From: a virus
DNA length: 64,000 nucleotides
Reading direction: 5' to 3' (one strand)
IMG/VR virus record: IMGVR_UViG_3300035703_000041
Coordinates: 31,225-95,224 of that record
The notes beneath the pieces were generated by a model, which had not been told where the DNA came from, did no database searches, and was given only the letters and a program-made list of their open reading frames with translations. Positions 55,201 to 63,899 of the stretch are shown here, piece by piece (the first letter of the stretch is position 1; each line of letters starts with the position of its first letter). Position numbers and translations under genes: made by a program.

Positions 55201-55514
55201 TCTGGCCTTTCTCTCTGCCACCAAGAATAGATGCTACCAGGCAATTAAACATTCCAATTGATTGGGCGTATAGTGAGTACAAATATGTTTTTCGTATAAA
55301 CTGGAATTATCGTTTTTTATTTCGTGCTAACGATCTAAGACAAGAATTAGAGCAAGCATGTATGCAAAACTTTGCATATTATGTATTTGATCGTGTAATT
55401 TATGATTATTGGAGCAAGCGTTGGTTCTCTAATTCAATTGGTGGCGGAGACGAAATTTTTATCGTTACAAATTATGATGCTGGTGTTACATTATTACAGT
55501 TGAGGTGGTCATGA
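55197..55514 (+). CDS. hypothetical protein (short paralog array)
   Basis: ATGA-coupled; ends VTLLQLRWS. Confidence 0.7.
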   Translation: MIWPFSLPPRIDATRQLNIPIDWAYSEYKYVFRINWNYRFLFRANDLRQELEQACMQNFAYYVFDRVIYDYWSKRWFSNSIGGGDEIFIVTNYDAGVTLLQLRWS

Positions 55515-55708
55515 AAGAATTGCCATTAGGATTGTACGGAAAAAACGATGCTGTTGCTACAAAAGCAAATAGGGATGAAGTCGTTGCATGGTGTGTAGAA
55601 AATAAAATTGGTGCTTTTTTCTATGGCAAGTATTTGGTCAACGGGAATGATTATTGGATTGTATCCGATGATGAACACCGTGTAATGTTTATGTTGAGGT
55701 GGTCATGA
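55511..55708 (+). CDS. hypothetical protein (short paralog array)
   Basis: ATGA-coupled; ends DEHRVMFMLRWS. Confidence 0.7.
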   Translation: MKELPLGLYGKNDAVATKANRDEVVAWCVENKIGAFFYGKYLVNGNDYWIVSDDEHRVMFMLRWS

Positions 55709-55959
55709 TACATCACTGGCGTCGAGACGAAGGCGGCGGTTATTTTGAGCCAAACGTAAAAACTGCTTGGCGTTGCATCATCTATGCTAGAGATTTCAAT
55801 TTGGATTTAGAGCGATGGTTCTTGGATCAAGGAGCCGTAGATGAGGTTGACTACGATTTCAATAAACGCTATAATTCAGGAGACCCAGCATATTTTATTT
55901 CAATTTATCGAGAAGATTTAGCAACTGCATTTTTGTTGAGATGGAATAATGAAAATTGA
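55705..55959 (+). CDS. hypothetical protein (short paralog array)
   Basis: ATGA-coupled; ends EDLATAFLLRWNNEN. Confidence 0.7.
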   Translation: MIHHWRRDEGGGYFEPNVKTAWRCIIYARDFNLDLERWFLDQGAVDEVDYDFNKRYNSGDPAYFISIYREDLATAFLLRWNNEN

Positions 55960-56293
55960 AGTTAAAGAATTTGAATTTAATGGTCTACGATTTTTTATAT
56001 CTAAGCATCCTATCAACACGAATCACCGTAAAATTTGGTCCGAAAGTAATGTTAGTCCAACTGAAATGAAAATAGTATGTAAAGATTTAGGCGACAAACG
56101 TTGGATGTGTAGAGCAGAAGTGCCGGCAGAGCAAGCTCGAGAGTTTGAGTCTTGGGTAGAGGAAACTATGAGTGAACGTTGCCTAATCAGCAAAGAATTT
56201 GAACATGATCCAGATGGCACACTAAGACGTATCTACGAAGTTCGTGGCGGAGATGTTAGTGACAGAACAATGTTAATGTTGAGGTGGAAATGA
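55949..56293 (+). CDS. hypothetical protein (short paralog array)
   Basis: Ends SDRTMLMLRWK. Confidence 0.7.
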   Translation: MKIEVKEFEFNGLRFFISKHPINTNHRKIWSESNVSPTEMKIVCKDLGDKRWMCRAEVPAEQAREFESWVEETMSERCLISKEFEHDPDGTLRRIYEVRGGDVSDRTMLMLRWK

Positions 56294-56610
56294 AATTAGA
56301 TAAAGTAAAAGTTGAAGCAAAGACGAGAACGTTATCAGCCAATTACACTGTTGAACAGTCTGAAGAGATTGAACACATTCTTGGTGACGAATTACAAAAA
56401 GAGATTGATAATGAAGTAATGAATTCAATTCTTGGACCTACACTAAGAGAAAGAGGTTGGTATCCTATTGTATTAAAAGATACATATTGGGCGGATATTC
56501 CAAAAGAATGGATTGCAGGAAATATTCAATACGAATATAGTTGCTTTGGTAGTTATTGGTATTTTGCAAATCAAGCAGACGCTACTGCATTTGCATTAAA
56601 ATGGACATAA
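56290..56610 (+). CDS. paralog-array protein with an N-terminal gp23 major-capsid-like fragment
   Basis: KLDKVKVEAKTRTLSANYTVE...ILGDELQKEIDNEVM; ends DATAFALKWT. Confidence 0.7.
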   Translation: MKLDKVKVEAKTRTLSANYTVEQSEEIEHILGDELQKEIDNEVMNSILGPTLRERGWYPIVLKDTYWADIPKEWIAGNIQYEYSCFGSYWYFANQADATAFALKWT

Positions 56611-56611
56611 C

Positions 56612-56815
56612 ATGGCACTTTGGACTTTCTGTGATGATTTGGACACACCAGAACTTGGCATTTGTTTAAGCATGGATTGGTGGGACAAAAATGGCAACAC
56701 TGTAAAAGAGTGGTTCCAAAATGAAGGAGAAGGTGTTGGTTCCGTTGTAAGCGATCACATGATTTTTGTTTACCCAAATAAAAGAACGCTTTTTTTGCTA
56801 AGATTTGGACCTTAA
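56612..56815 (+). CDS. hypothetical protein (short paralog array)
   Basis: Ends KRTLFLLRFGP. Confidence 0.65.
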   Translation: MALWTFCDDLDTPELGICLSMDWWDKNGNTVKEWFQNEGEGVGSVVSDHMIFVYPNKRTLFLLRFGP

Positions 56816-56854
56816 ATTGATTAATCAAATCAAACACTTAGCATGGTGCTGGAT

Positions 56855-56882
56855 TTGACATTTTAACAGTTGATGCTATAAT
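56855..56882 (+). promoter_or_regulatory. sigma70-type early promoter
   Basis: TTGACA-16-TATAAT; AGGAG SD downstream. Confidence 0.8.
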
Positions 56883-56907
56883 TACTACATTAATTAGGAG
56901 ATATCTA

Positions 56908-58176
56908 ATGCACGTTTATATGGCTAAGAAGAAGAAAGATATTGCAAAGTGCCTGCCTTATGACGCGAAGCGTGACGCACAGGCACGTGACCGTCTTATC
57001 CAGGCGCGCGTTAAGATGCTTATGACCCAAGACTTTTGGGGTAAGATTGCTACACGTATGAAGCTTATCAATGCTGACGAATGGTGTGCTACACTAGCCA
57101 CTGATGGTCGTAATTTTTATTACAACTCCGCATTTGTTCTATCGCTTAAGCACATTGACAAAGTAATCTTTGGTTTTGCTCACGAAGTGCTGCATTGCGT
57201 ATATGATCACATTGCGCGTACTGGCAGCCGTGATCGCCAGCTTTCCAACATTGCACAAGACTATGTAATTAACGCTGATCTTGTTCGTCACCGTATTGGT
57301 CAGAAGATTGATGAAATTGACATCATCTATGACGACAAGTATTATGGGTGGGCATGGGAAGCGGTCTATGATGAACTAATGAAGAATGTTAAGTTCATCA
57401 ACGTTGAAGACCTTGCTGACATGCTACTTGACGATCACCTTGAGGAAGGTGAAGATGATGGTGATGGCAAAGAAGGTGACAAGGATAGCGTAAGCCGCAA
57501 GCGTCCTGTTATCAGCCGTGAGGAGCGTGAGAAGCTTAGGGACGAGTTCCGTGAAGCTATCCTGCAAGCTGCACAGGGCGCAAAGCCTGGTTCGCTGCCG
57601 TCAGGTGTTGAACGCATGGTAAAGAGCATGACTGATCCCAAGCTGGATTGGCGTTCGCTTATTACTATGAAGATCCCTTCGCTTGCTAAGAACGACTATA
57701 GCTACCAGCGCCCCAACAAGAAGTATCAGTACTCCGGTATTGTTATGCCTGGTCTACAGCGTGAAGAAGCAATTGACGTTTGTATTGCTATTGACACATC
57801 CGGTTCTATCAGCCAGCAGCAGCTCGAAGAAGTGTTGAGCGAGATTGTTGGTCTTATGGACATGTATGCGGAGTTTACGCTACGCATTTGGCAGTTTGAT
57901 ACTGGCATTTACGGTTACGAAACTTTCACTAAGGACACTGCTGGTGACCTTATGCGTTATGAAATTAAGGGTGGCGGTGGTACTAGCTTTGCTGCTAACT
58001 GGGACTTCATGAAGAATGAAGGTATCGAACCCAAGCTGTTCATTATGTTTACGGACGGTGAAAGCTTTGATGGTTGGGGTGATCCAGACTATCAGGACGA
58101 TATGCTTTGGATTATCAACAATCCGTATAACAAGAGCATTGAACCTCCCTACGGTGCGTGGGCATACTACGAGTAA
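56908..58176 (+). CDS. metallopeptidase-vWA protein (DUF2201-like), probable MoxR partner
   Basis: TLATDG, HEVLH (HExxH), AQDYVIN; vWA DTSGS, GGGGTSF, FTDG. Confidence 0.9.
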   Translation: MHVYMAKKKKDIAKCLPYDAKRDAQARDRLIQARVKMLMTQDFWGKIATRMKLINADEWCATLATDGRNFYYNSAFVLSLKHIDKVIFGFAHEVLHCVYDHIARTGSRDRQLSNIAQDYVINADLVRHRIGQKIDEIDIIYDDKYYGWAWEAVYDELMKNVKFINVEDLADMLLDDHLEEGEDDGDGKEGDKDSVSRKRPVISREEREKLRDEFREAILQAAQGAKPGSLPSGVERMVKSMTDPKLDWRSLITMKIPSLAKNDYSYQRPNKKYQYSGIVMPGLQREEAIDVCIAIDTSGSISQQQLEEVLSEIVGLMDMYAEFTLRIWQFDTGIYGYETFTKDTAGDLMRYEIKGGGGTSFAANWDFMKNEGIEPKLFIMFTDGESFDGWGDPDYQDDMLWIINNPYNKSIEPPYGAWAYYE

Positions 58177-58182
58177 GCAACA

Positions 58183-58206
58183 GGGCGGGGTAGAAATATC
58201 CCGCCC
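58183..58206 (+). terminator. GC-rich hairpin after the vWA gene
   Basis: GGGCGGG / CCCGCCC. Confidence 0.55.
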
Positions 58207-58224
58207 AAACTTTATGAGGATGAA

Positions 58225-58464
58225 ATGAAAAACGAAGTTTGGTCAGCAGTACTTGATGACATTTACGAGTGCAAGGTTATTAGAACTGAAGACAATCGAG
58301 GAGTGCTATCTATTCGACGTAAGGGTAAATCAACCGGTACACTACTTTGGGAAACTGGAGTTAATCTAAGCTACGGTGCAGCATTTGGCCCTGACGTTTT
58401 TGACGTTGCTGAATGGGAAGCAATGTGTTTGGATTTTGTTGATAACATTGATAAGGTAAAGTAA
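58225..58464 (+). CDS. hypothetical protein
   Basis: GAGGA SD; LSYGAAFGPDV.DV..W. Confidence 0.7.
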   Translation: MKNEVWSAVLDDIYECKVIRTEDNRGVLSIRRKGKSTGTLLWETGVNLSYGAAFGPDVFDVAEWEAMCLDFVDNIDKVK

Positions 58465-58734
58465 ATGAAGACTTACTGGACAGGTTGGTATAAGGACGGT
58501 ACTTCAGATAAGATTTGGGGTATCCTAAAAGTAAATGATGGATATTATAACTTTTGGTGCCGTCGTGGTGCTAAAATGCAGTTCAAAGCTATTGATTATC
58601 CAAAGTATGGTCACAAGGAAAAGAAAGGATATCGTGCAATTAGCGATGCTCAACTTGAAACAATTTATCCTGGATTCTTTGATGAAGCACAAAGCAATCT
58701 TGTGTTTGCACTAATGGCGGATAAGGTGCGATGA
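58465..58734 (+). CDS. WGR-like domain protein
   Basis: GTSDKIW...FWCRRG...KEKKGY. Confidence 0.6.
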   Translation: MKTYWTGWYKDGTSDKIWGILKVNDGYYNFWCRRGAKMQFKAIDYPKYGHKEKKGYRAISDAQLETIYPGFFDEAQSNLVFALMADKVR

Positions 58735-59186
58735 ACCCTGCTCCAGTAAGTTTTATGTTTGCCTACGGCATGAATACTAATCTAACAAGCATGATGCTTA
58801 GATGTCGTAATGCAAAATGTCTAGGGAAAGCTTACCTTCCCGATCACACATTACAATTTCGCTACCACTTGGATATTGCTCCAAGCAAGTTTGATGTTGT
58901 ACAAGGAGTTCTTTGGCAACTTGATTACGAAGATTTCAAAGTGATCGATCAACTTGAAGGATACCCAGATTACTACAGTCGTTACATTTATCAACCCTAT
59001 ATTGATAATTACTATAACACGTTTCCTGCTTGGACTTATGCAATGTGGAACAAGGACTCATTTGAATATCCTGATGAACGTTACTTGGATTTAGTAATTG
59101 AAGGGTATCGTCAAAATGATATCGACGTGCAGCAACTTAATAACGCGCTACAACAAGTTGAGAAGTATAAACAGGAGACAATGTAA
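58731..59186 (+). CDS. gamma-glutamylcyclotransferase (AIG2-like)
   Basis: FAYGMN, VQGVLW, IDQLEGYP..Y. Confidence 0.85.
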   Translation: MNPAPVSFMFAYGMNTNLTSMMLRCRNAKCLGKAYLPDHTLQFRYHLDIAPSKFDVVQGVLWQLDYEDFKVIDQLEGYPDYYSRYIYQPYIDNYYNTFPAWTYAMWNKDSFEYPDERYLDLVIEGYRQNDIDVQQLNNALQQVEKYKQETM

Positions 59187-59524
59187 TGGCAACTAACATG
59201 CGTAGTTGGGGTATCCTTGGAAACCCCTCAAAAGAAAAAATTGAACAATACAAAAACATGCCCGTTGGCAGTTTTAGAAACATGGTGAAGAACCTTAGCC
59301 GTACCAAGAAGGGCAAAGTACTACAGGAATTTACTGTTTATGTGACTAAGCGGGACGTTGATATGACCCGTGGCACCATCAAAGTTGAATCTTTTGAATG
59401 GGCAGATGCTGTGCAAATTGCACGTGAGCGCAGTGACCAAGTTGCGTGGGATACAGATCCTTACGCTACAAACAAAGAAGAATACGTGTATTCAAACATG
59501 GATCCTTTAAAGTACAAAGTTTAA
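59186..59524 (+). CDS. hypothetical protein
   Basis: AGGAG SD; TAATG coupling. Confidence 0.7.
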   Translation: MATNMRSWGILGNPSKEKIEQYKNMPVGSFRNMVKNLSRTKKGKVLQEFTVYVTKRDVDMTRGTIKVESFEWADAVQIARERSDQVAWDTDPYATNKEEYVYSNMDPLKYKV

Positions 59525-59558
59525 CCAAAAAGCTGTTCAACATAATAAATATGATATC

Positions 59559-60443
59559 ATGTTGAACAGTAAACAAAAAGCATTCTTAACTCTTTGCGAA
59601 GCAATAGTAAACGAAGCTAGTTCACTCCCAGCAGTTATTGGAACGGGAATGGCAGCTACTGCTATTATGAAGCATATACACAGCAAAATGGAGAAAACCC
59701 ATGATGTTGCTGTTAAATCTATACCTTCTATAGAGCTAGCTGACATAAAAAAATATGGTGGTTTTTATATAATCCAAGGTGAATTAGGTTATGTAGCTAT
59801 TACTGGTGGTCGCTATGGAATGCAACTAGGTGGTGTTAAAAAAGGCCAACAGCAAGTAGTTTCCGTTGAAGTTACAGGTGTCCCACAGCTAAGAAAATTT
59901 GTAAAAGAATACGCTGGTAAACTAGAAAAATACTGGAGAGGCACTGACAGATATGGCGGCGATAACCGAGATATTAAAGGCAAACGCGCTCAACTTAGAA
60001 CAGTTAATCGTGCAGTAGTCAATACTGATTCTTTGTTTGAACGATTTAGACCTCTTTTCACAAAAGCAGCACAGTTAGCAGTAAACGATATACGTGGTAT
60101 TGCTTCAAACATGATTAAAACTGGTAACTACAGCGATGCAGAAAGAAAACTAAGAGTTTTGGCTAGATTAGATAATCACCTACAAACTCTTGAAATAAAC
60201 CCAAAGCTTGCCAGTAAAGATCGAGATTACACTATTCGTGGTACTAAAGATTTTTTCTCTGAAAAAATACAAGATGCAATTGAAACAACTGCACATCATT
60301 TTTATGGACAGCATGATGATCCAACTGCAAAAGTAAGTGTTAGTCAAGAGCACGTAAATCAATTGTTTTCAGACATACAAAATGGTGATACTAAAAAGCT
60401 TTCAGCATTACTTGCATATTTTAAGAGTGGATTGGTAAGATGA
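59559..60443 (+). CDS. hypothetical late protein with a cleavable-type leader (AIVNE|ASS)
   Basis: TAAATA 7 nt before the ATG. Confidence 0.7.
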   Translation: MLNSKQKAFLTLCEAIVNEASSLPAVIGTGMAATAIMKHIHSKMEKTHDVAVKSIPSIELADIKKYGGFYIIQGELGYVAITGGRYGMQLGGVKKGQQQVVSVEVTGVPQLRKFVKEYAGKLEKYWRGTDRYGGDNRDIKGKRAQLRTVNRAVVNTDSLFERFRPLFTKAAQLAVNDIRGIASNMIKTGNYSDAERKLRVLARLDNHLQTLEINPKLASKDRDYTIRGTKDFFSEKIQDAIETTAHHFYGQHDDPTAKVSVSQEHVNQLFSDIQNGDTKKLSALLAYFKSGLVR

Positions 60444-61510
60444 TTATCGAAGAATTATTTTTAGTTGAAGGTCCAGTTGAAGATAGGATCATGAATGATC
60501 CAAAATATGGCAAGATGCTTGCCCTTGCATTTAAGCATGACAACACTATACCTAACGCTGTACATGCAGCGTTAGGCCCTAAACCAGATCCACGCAAAGC
60601 TGCTGAAATTTGGCTTAAGCTTCTTGATAAAGCAAACAACAATTCCCAGTTAGGTGTAATTAGTCCAGAGAAAAAGTTTTATGATTGGGCTACAAAAGTA
60701 TATACCAACCAAGGTATGAGTTGGGAAAATTTTATATCACGTGGCGTTGATAATTTACATTCCTATTATCTACTAAGCAGACGTAACTTATTAAAACCAG
60801 CTGATCAAGACGTTAATCGTTTCCCTTCATTATCTACATTTGAAAATGCGATGGCTAAATATCGCGAGCAATTACAAAAAATTAAAGAAGAAGAGCGTCT
60901 AAAGCAAATGGCTAAGGACGCTAAGATTGTTACTATTGTGGACAACGATACATTTACTGCATGGGTTCCATTAAATTATGGTGGTAGTTGTACGCTATCT
61001 CGTTCAACTGGTGAGTTCGCTAATTGGTGTACAGGTACTCTTTCAAGCGATAACTATTTTAATATGTATAGCAAAAAAGGCCCACTTATTGTTTTCCAAA
61101 GTAAGGTTCGTCCAGAAGACAAATTCCAAATGCACGCCCCAACAAATCAATTCAAAGATAAAAAAGATGAAGAGATTGATCGCGATGCGTTTGCCAAAAA
61201 GTATCCAAATGCAATGGTTGAAATTCAACAGGGACTAATTGCTAGCGGTGAAAAGTTTGCAGAGATATATCCAAATATTGAGAACCATGCTACTCAACTT
61301 AAAAATACATTAAGAGCTGCATTTGGTAAAGAACAAGAAGCTCAAAAAACTTGGCAAATTACTGGATTTAACGAACGAGGAGCAATTGATCGTAATGTAG
61401 TTCTTCACAGATTTAATGCTCCAAATAGAGAAGCAGCAGCAGAAATCGTTACCCAATGGCGTCGTGAAAATCCAGGTGTTATGTCTGCTGGGCTCGACGA
61501 AATAACATAG
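60440..61510 (+). CDS. hypothetical protein with MIIEELFLVE leader
   Basis: WCT...YFNMY...GPL...KFQMH core; C-terminal W.I...A.NR..A......W.REN module shared with the 2135-aa protein. Confidence 0.75.
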   Translation: MIIEELFLVEGPVEDRIMNDPKYGKMLALAFKHDNTIPNAVHAALGPKPDPRKAAEIWLKLLDKANNNSQLGVISPEKKFYDWATKVYTNQGMSWENFISRGVDNLHSYYLLSRRNLLKPADQDVNRFPSLSTFENAMAKYREQLQKIKEEERLKQMAKDAKIVTIVDNDTFTAWVPLNYGGSCTLSRSTGEFANWCTGTLSSDNYFNMYSKKGPLIVFQSKVRPEDKFQMHAPTNQFKDKKDEEIDRDAFAKKYPNAMVEIQQGLIASGEKFAEIYPNIENHATQLKNTLRAAFGKEQEAQKTWQITGFNERGAIDRNVVLHRFNAPNREAAAEIVTQWRRENPGVMSAGLDEIT

Positions 61511-61539
61511 TTGACACTTAAAAACTCTCATGCTAAACT
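61511..61539 (+). promoter_or_regulatory. sigma70-type promoter, probably leaderless transcript
   Basis: TTGACA-17-TAAACT; ATG 6 nt downstream. Confidence 0.65.
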
Positions 61540-61545
61540 AAATGC

Positions 61546-61728
61546 ATGGAAATTAATAATAACGAATTAGGACTAGACGAAGTGGTAATGGAAAAATGTC
61601 ATTTCCATATTGAACGCATGAGCGATACTAGTTTTTGGATTGGCGTTAGTAACAACAAAGATGGGTATTATCACATCAACTTGCATATTGAAAAAGGCAA
61701 GTTAATAGCAAGGATTGAAAAACAATGA
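61546..61728 (+). CDS. hypothetical protein
   Basis: LDEVV...HIERMS...WIG. Confidence 0.65.
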   Translation: MEINNNELGLDEVVMEKCHFHIERMSDTSFWIGVSNNKDGYYHINLHIEKGKLIARIEKQ

Positions 61729-62438
61729 AAATTTATTTAGGTCCATACGTTTATCATATTGGTACTTATCAAATTGCCAATAAAATTTTATTTTGGAAAG
61801 ATGTAGATAGTGATGCTGTAAAAAAGCTTGTTTCTATTCTAGAAAAACTAGGAGTTAGAAAACTTACTGATTGGGTAAACACAAAGCAAAATCGTAAAAT
61901 CAAAATACGCATTGACAAATATGATACTTGGGGTATGGATCACACCCTTGCTCTTATTGTACTTCCCATGCTTAAGCAGCTTAAGGCTACTAAACATGGC
62001 AGTCCCTGTGTAGATCAAAAAGATTTACCAGTCGAGCTACGCTTTACTAAACGTGAACAGCTTGTATTTGATAAAGGGTATTTGGGCGAAAAAATCAAAA
62101 CAAACGACGAAGAACTCGATGCAGTTCACAAAAAGTTTCATTCCCAGTGGGCATGGATACTAGATCAAATGATTTGGTCATTTGAAAATCACGAAGATGA
62201 TAAAGAAGAATATCATCATTACTATGACCCATATATGCCAGGTGAACTTCTTGAGGAAGAACCAAAATCTTATGTAATTAAAGAAGATGGTACACGAGAA
62301 GAAACTGAACCTCTTTTTGACGAAAACTTTCGCCGTAAAATGGGTAAGTTTAATCAAGAAAAATTTGAAGCATACACAGAACGCAAACAACGCGGGTTTG
62401 TATTGTTTGGAAAATATTTTCAAAACTTGTGGGATTAA
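61725..62438 (+). CDS. hypothetical phage protein
   Basis: DTWGMDHTLA.I..PMLKQL...HG.P; W.WILDQMIWSF; LFGKYFQNLWD. Confidence 0.8.
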   Translation: MKIYLGPYVYHIGTYQIANKILFWKDVDSDAVKKLVSILEKLGVRKLTDWVNTKQNRKIKIRIDKYDTWGMDHTLALIVLPMLKQLKATKHGSPCVDQKDLPVELRFTKREQLVFDKGYLGEKIKTNDEELDAVHKKFHSQWAWILDQMIWSFENHEDDKEEYHHYYDPYMPGELLEEEPKSYVIKEDGTREETEPLFDENFRRKMGKFNQEKFEAYTERKQRGFVLFGKYFQNLWD

Positions 62439-62771
62439 ATGGCTGGCTATAATTTTAAATGGTATGAAGACATGCCAACCCCATGGGATATAGATTGCAG
62501 GGGTAAATTTTGTATTCACGAAATGACTTTTAACGAGGACGAATATCGTTCTAAAAGCGCAGAACACAAGTATGAGGTATTTCATCGGCTTAGAAAAGAA
62601 ATGGAAGAATCTGGTAAACTTGAGTTTTTTAAGAATCAAGGAATTGACTATTTTCAATCAGCCAAATATGCTGTAGTTAGAAATCATACTACATATGAAG
62701 TGACACTCACAGTTTTAGTTGACATGCCGCATAGTTTGCGTACACTATACAAATTAACATTTACGGAGTAA
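62439..62771 (+). CDS. hypothetical protein
   Basis: ORF in operon. Confidence 0.65.
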   Translation: MAGYNFKWYEDMPTPWDIDCRGKFCIHEMTFNEDEYRSKSAEHKYEVFHRLRKEMEESGKLEFFKNQGIDYFQSAKYAVVRNHTTYEVTLTVLVDMPHSLRTLYKLTFTE

Positions 62772-62773
62772 AA

Positions 62774-62980
62774 ATGAGAAACGATCTAATTGAAGCAAGC
62801 CGCAAGCATTTTGAGGCTCACATTGAAAAGCATAGAATGAATGTTGAAGTTATTCTAAGCAACCCAACTGCTATCCATGGACATGTAGATGTTATGGATG
62901 CAATTGAAAAAGAACTAGCTGAAATGGCGGATTACGCAGATAAGCTAGAAATGCTCACTACATATTTTAAGGTAAGCTAA
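62774..62980 (+). CDS. hypothetical protein
   Basis: GGAG SD; 68-aa helical hairpin. Confidence 0.75.
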   Translation: MRNDLIEASRKHFEAHIEKHRMNVEVILSNPTAIHGHVDVMDAIEKELAEMADYADKLEMLTTYFKVS

Positions 62981-63573
62981 TGCCAAACTTAGTTCCAATT
63001 GTACTAGAGAAAACTGCTAACGGAGAACGTAGCTATGACATTTATAGCCGACTGCTTAAGGATCGTATTGTCATTATGGATACGGATGTTAACGAGCACA
63101 GCGCCAGTCTCATTGTGGCACAAATGCTTTTCCTTGAAAGTGAAGGCCCTGGTGATCCAATTAACTTTTACATTAACAGCCCAGGTGGTAGCGTAACAGC
63201 AGGCATGGGTATCTATGATACCATGCAGTTTATTAAGAGCCCAGTACACACATATGTCTTTGGACAAGCTGCAAGCATGGGATCGCTACTTGCACAAGCA
63301 GGTGAACCTGGACACCGTTATATGATGCCACATGCGCGACACATGATCCATCAGCCAAGTGGCGGTGCTCGTGGTATGGTAAGTGACATTGAGATTACTT
63401 ACAAGGAAATCCAACGTCTTAAGGAAGAGCTTACACGTATCTATGTAACACATAATAGTGCAGGTAAAACTTTTGAGCAGCTTACAAAAGATATGGATCG
63501 CGATACTTGGATGACTGCTGAACAAGCAGTTGAGTATGGATTAGTAGATCAAATTGTAAAGAAAAGAGTATGA
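62980..63573 (+). CDS. clpP: ATP-dependent Clp protease proteolytic subunit
   Basis: ERSYDIYSRLLKDR, YINSPGG, AASMG (Ser), MIHQP (His), DRD (Asp). Confidence 0.97.
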   Translation: MPNLVPIVLEKTANGERSYDIYSRLLKDRIVIMDTDVNEHSASLIVAQMLFLESEGPGDPINFYINSPGGSVTAGMGIYDTMQFIKSPVHTYVFGQAASMGSLLAQAGEPGHRYMMPHARHMIHQPSGGARGMVSDIEITYKEIQRLKEELTRIYVTHNSAGKTFEQLTKDMDRDTWMTAEQAVEYGLVDQIVKKRV

Positions 63574-63860
63574 GCTTATACTTAGATAACAAAGTTGATC
63601 CAATCGCAGCAGCAGGTGGAAGAGAGTTGGACTTCATTCCAAAACACTTCCATTGTGTGTCCCTATCTAATGGCTATTATGATCAAAGATCTATACGAAA
63701 TTGGATTTGGAAAAATCAAAGTGGTAGATTTGCTATTGCTACTAAAGTATCAGAGGACATGCGTAACGAGCTATTTGCTGCTTTTGAAGATTCAGGCGAA
63801 GCAATTATGTTTACACTTATTTTACCTACACTAAAGTCAGACTTTTTTGATGACTTTTAA
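63570..63860 (+). CDS. hypothetical protein
   Basis: IRNWI...GRF...FEDSGEAIMFTL, similar to the short-paralog family. Confidence 0.7.
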   Translation: MSLYLDNKVDPIAAAGGRELDFIPKHFHCVSLSNGYYDQRSIRNWIWKNQSGRFAIATKVSEDMRNELFAAFEDSGEAIMFTLILPTLKSDFFDDF

Positions 63861-63899
63861 TTAAGCTAAATAAAGTTAGCATATTATTAAGAGGACAAT

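Noticed and set aside
55185-56293. CRISPR array or integron attC sites at the repeated GTTGAGGTGG junctions
   Set aside because: The repeats are only 10-16 nt, non-palindromic, spaced by whole ORFs of variable length, and no cas or integrase gene is present in the window
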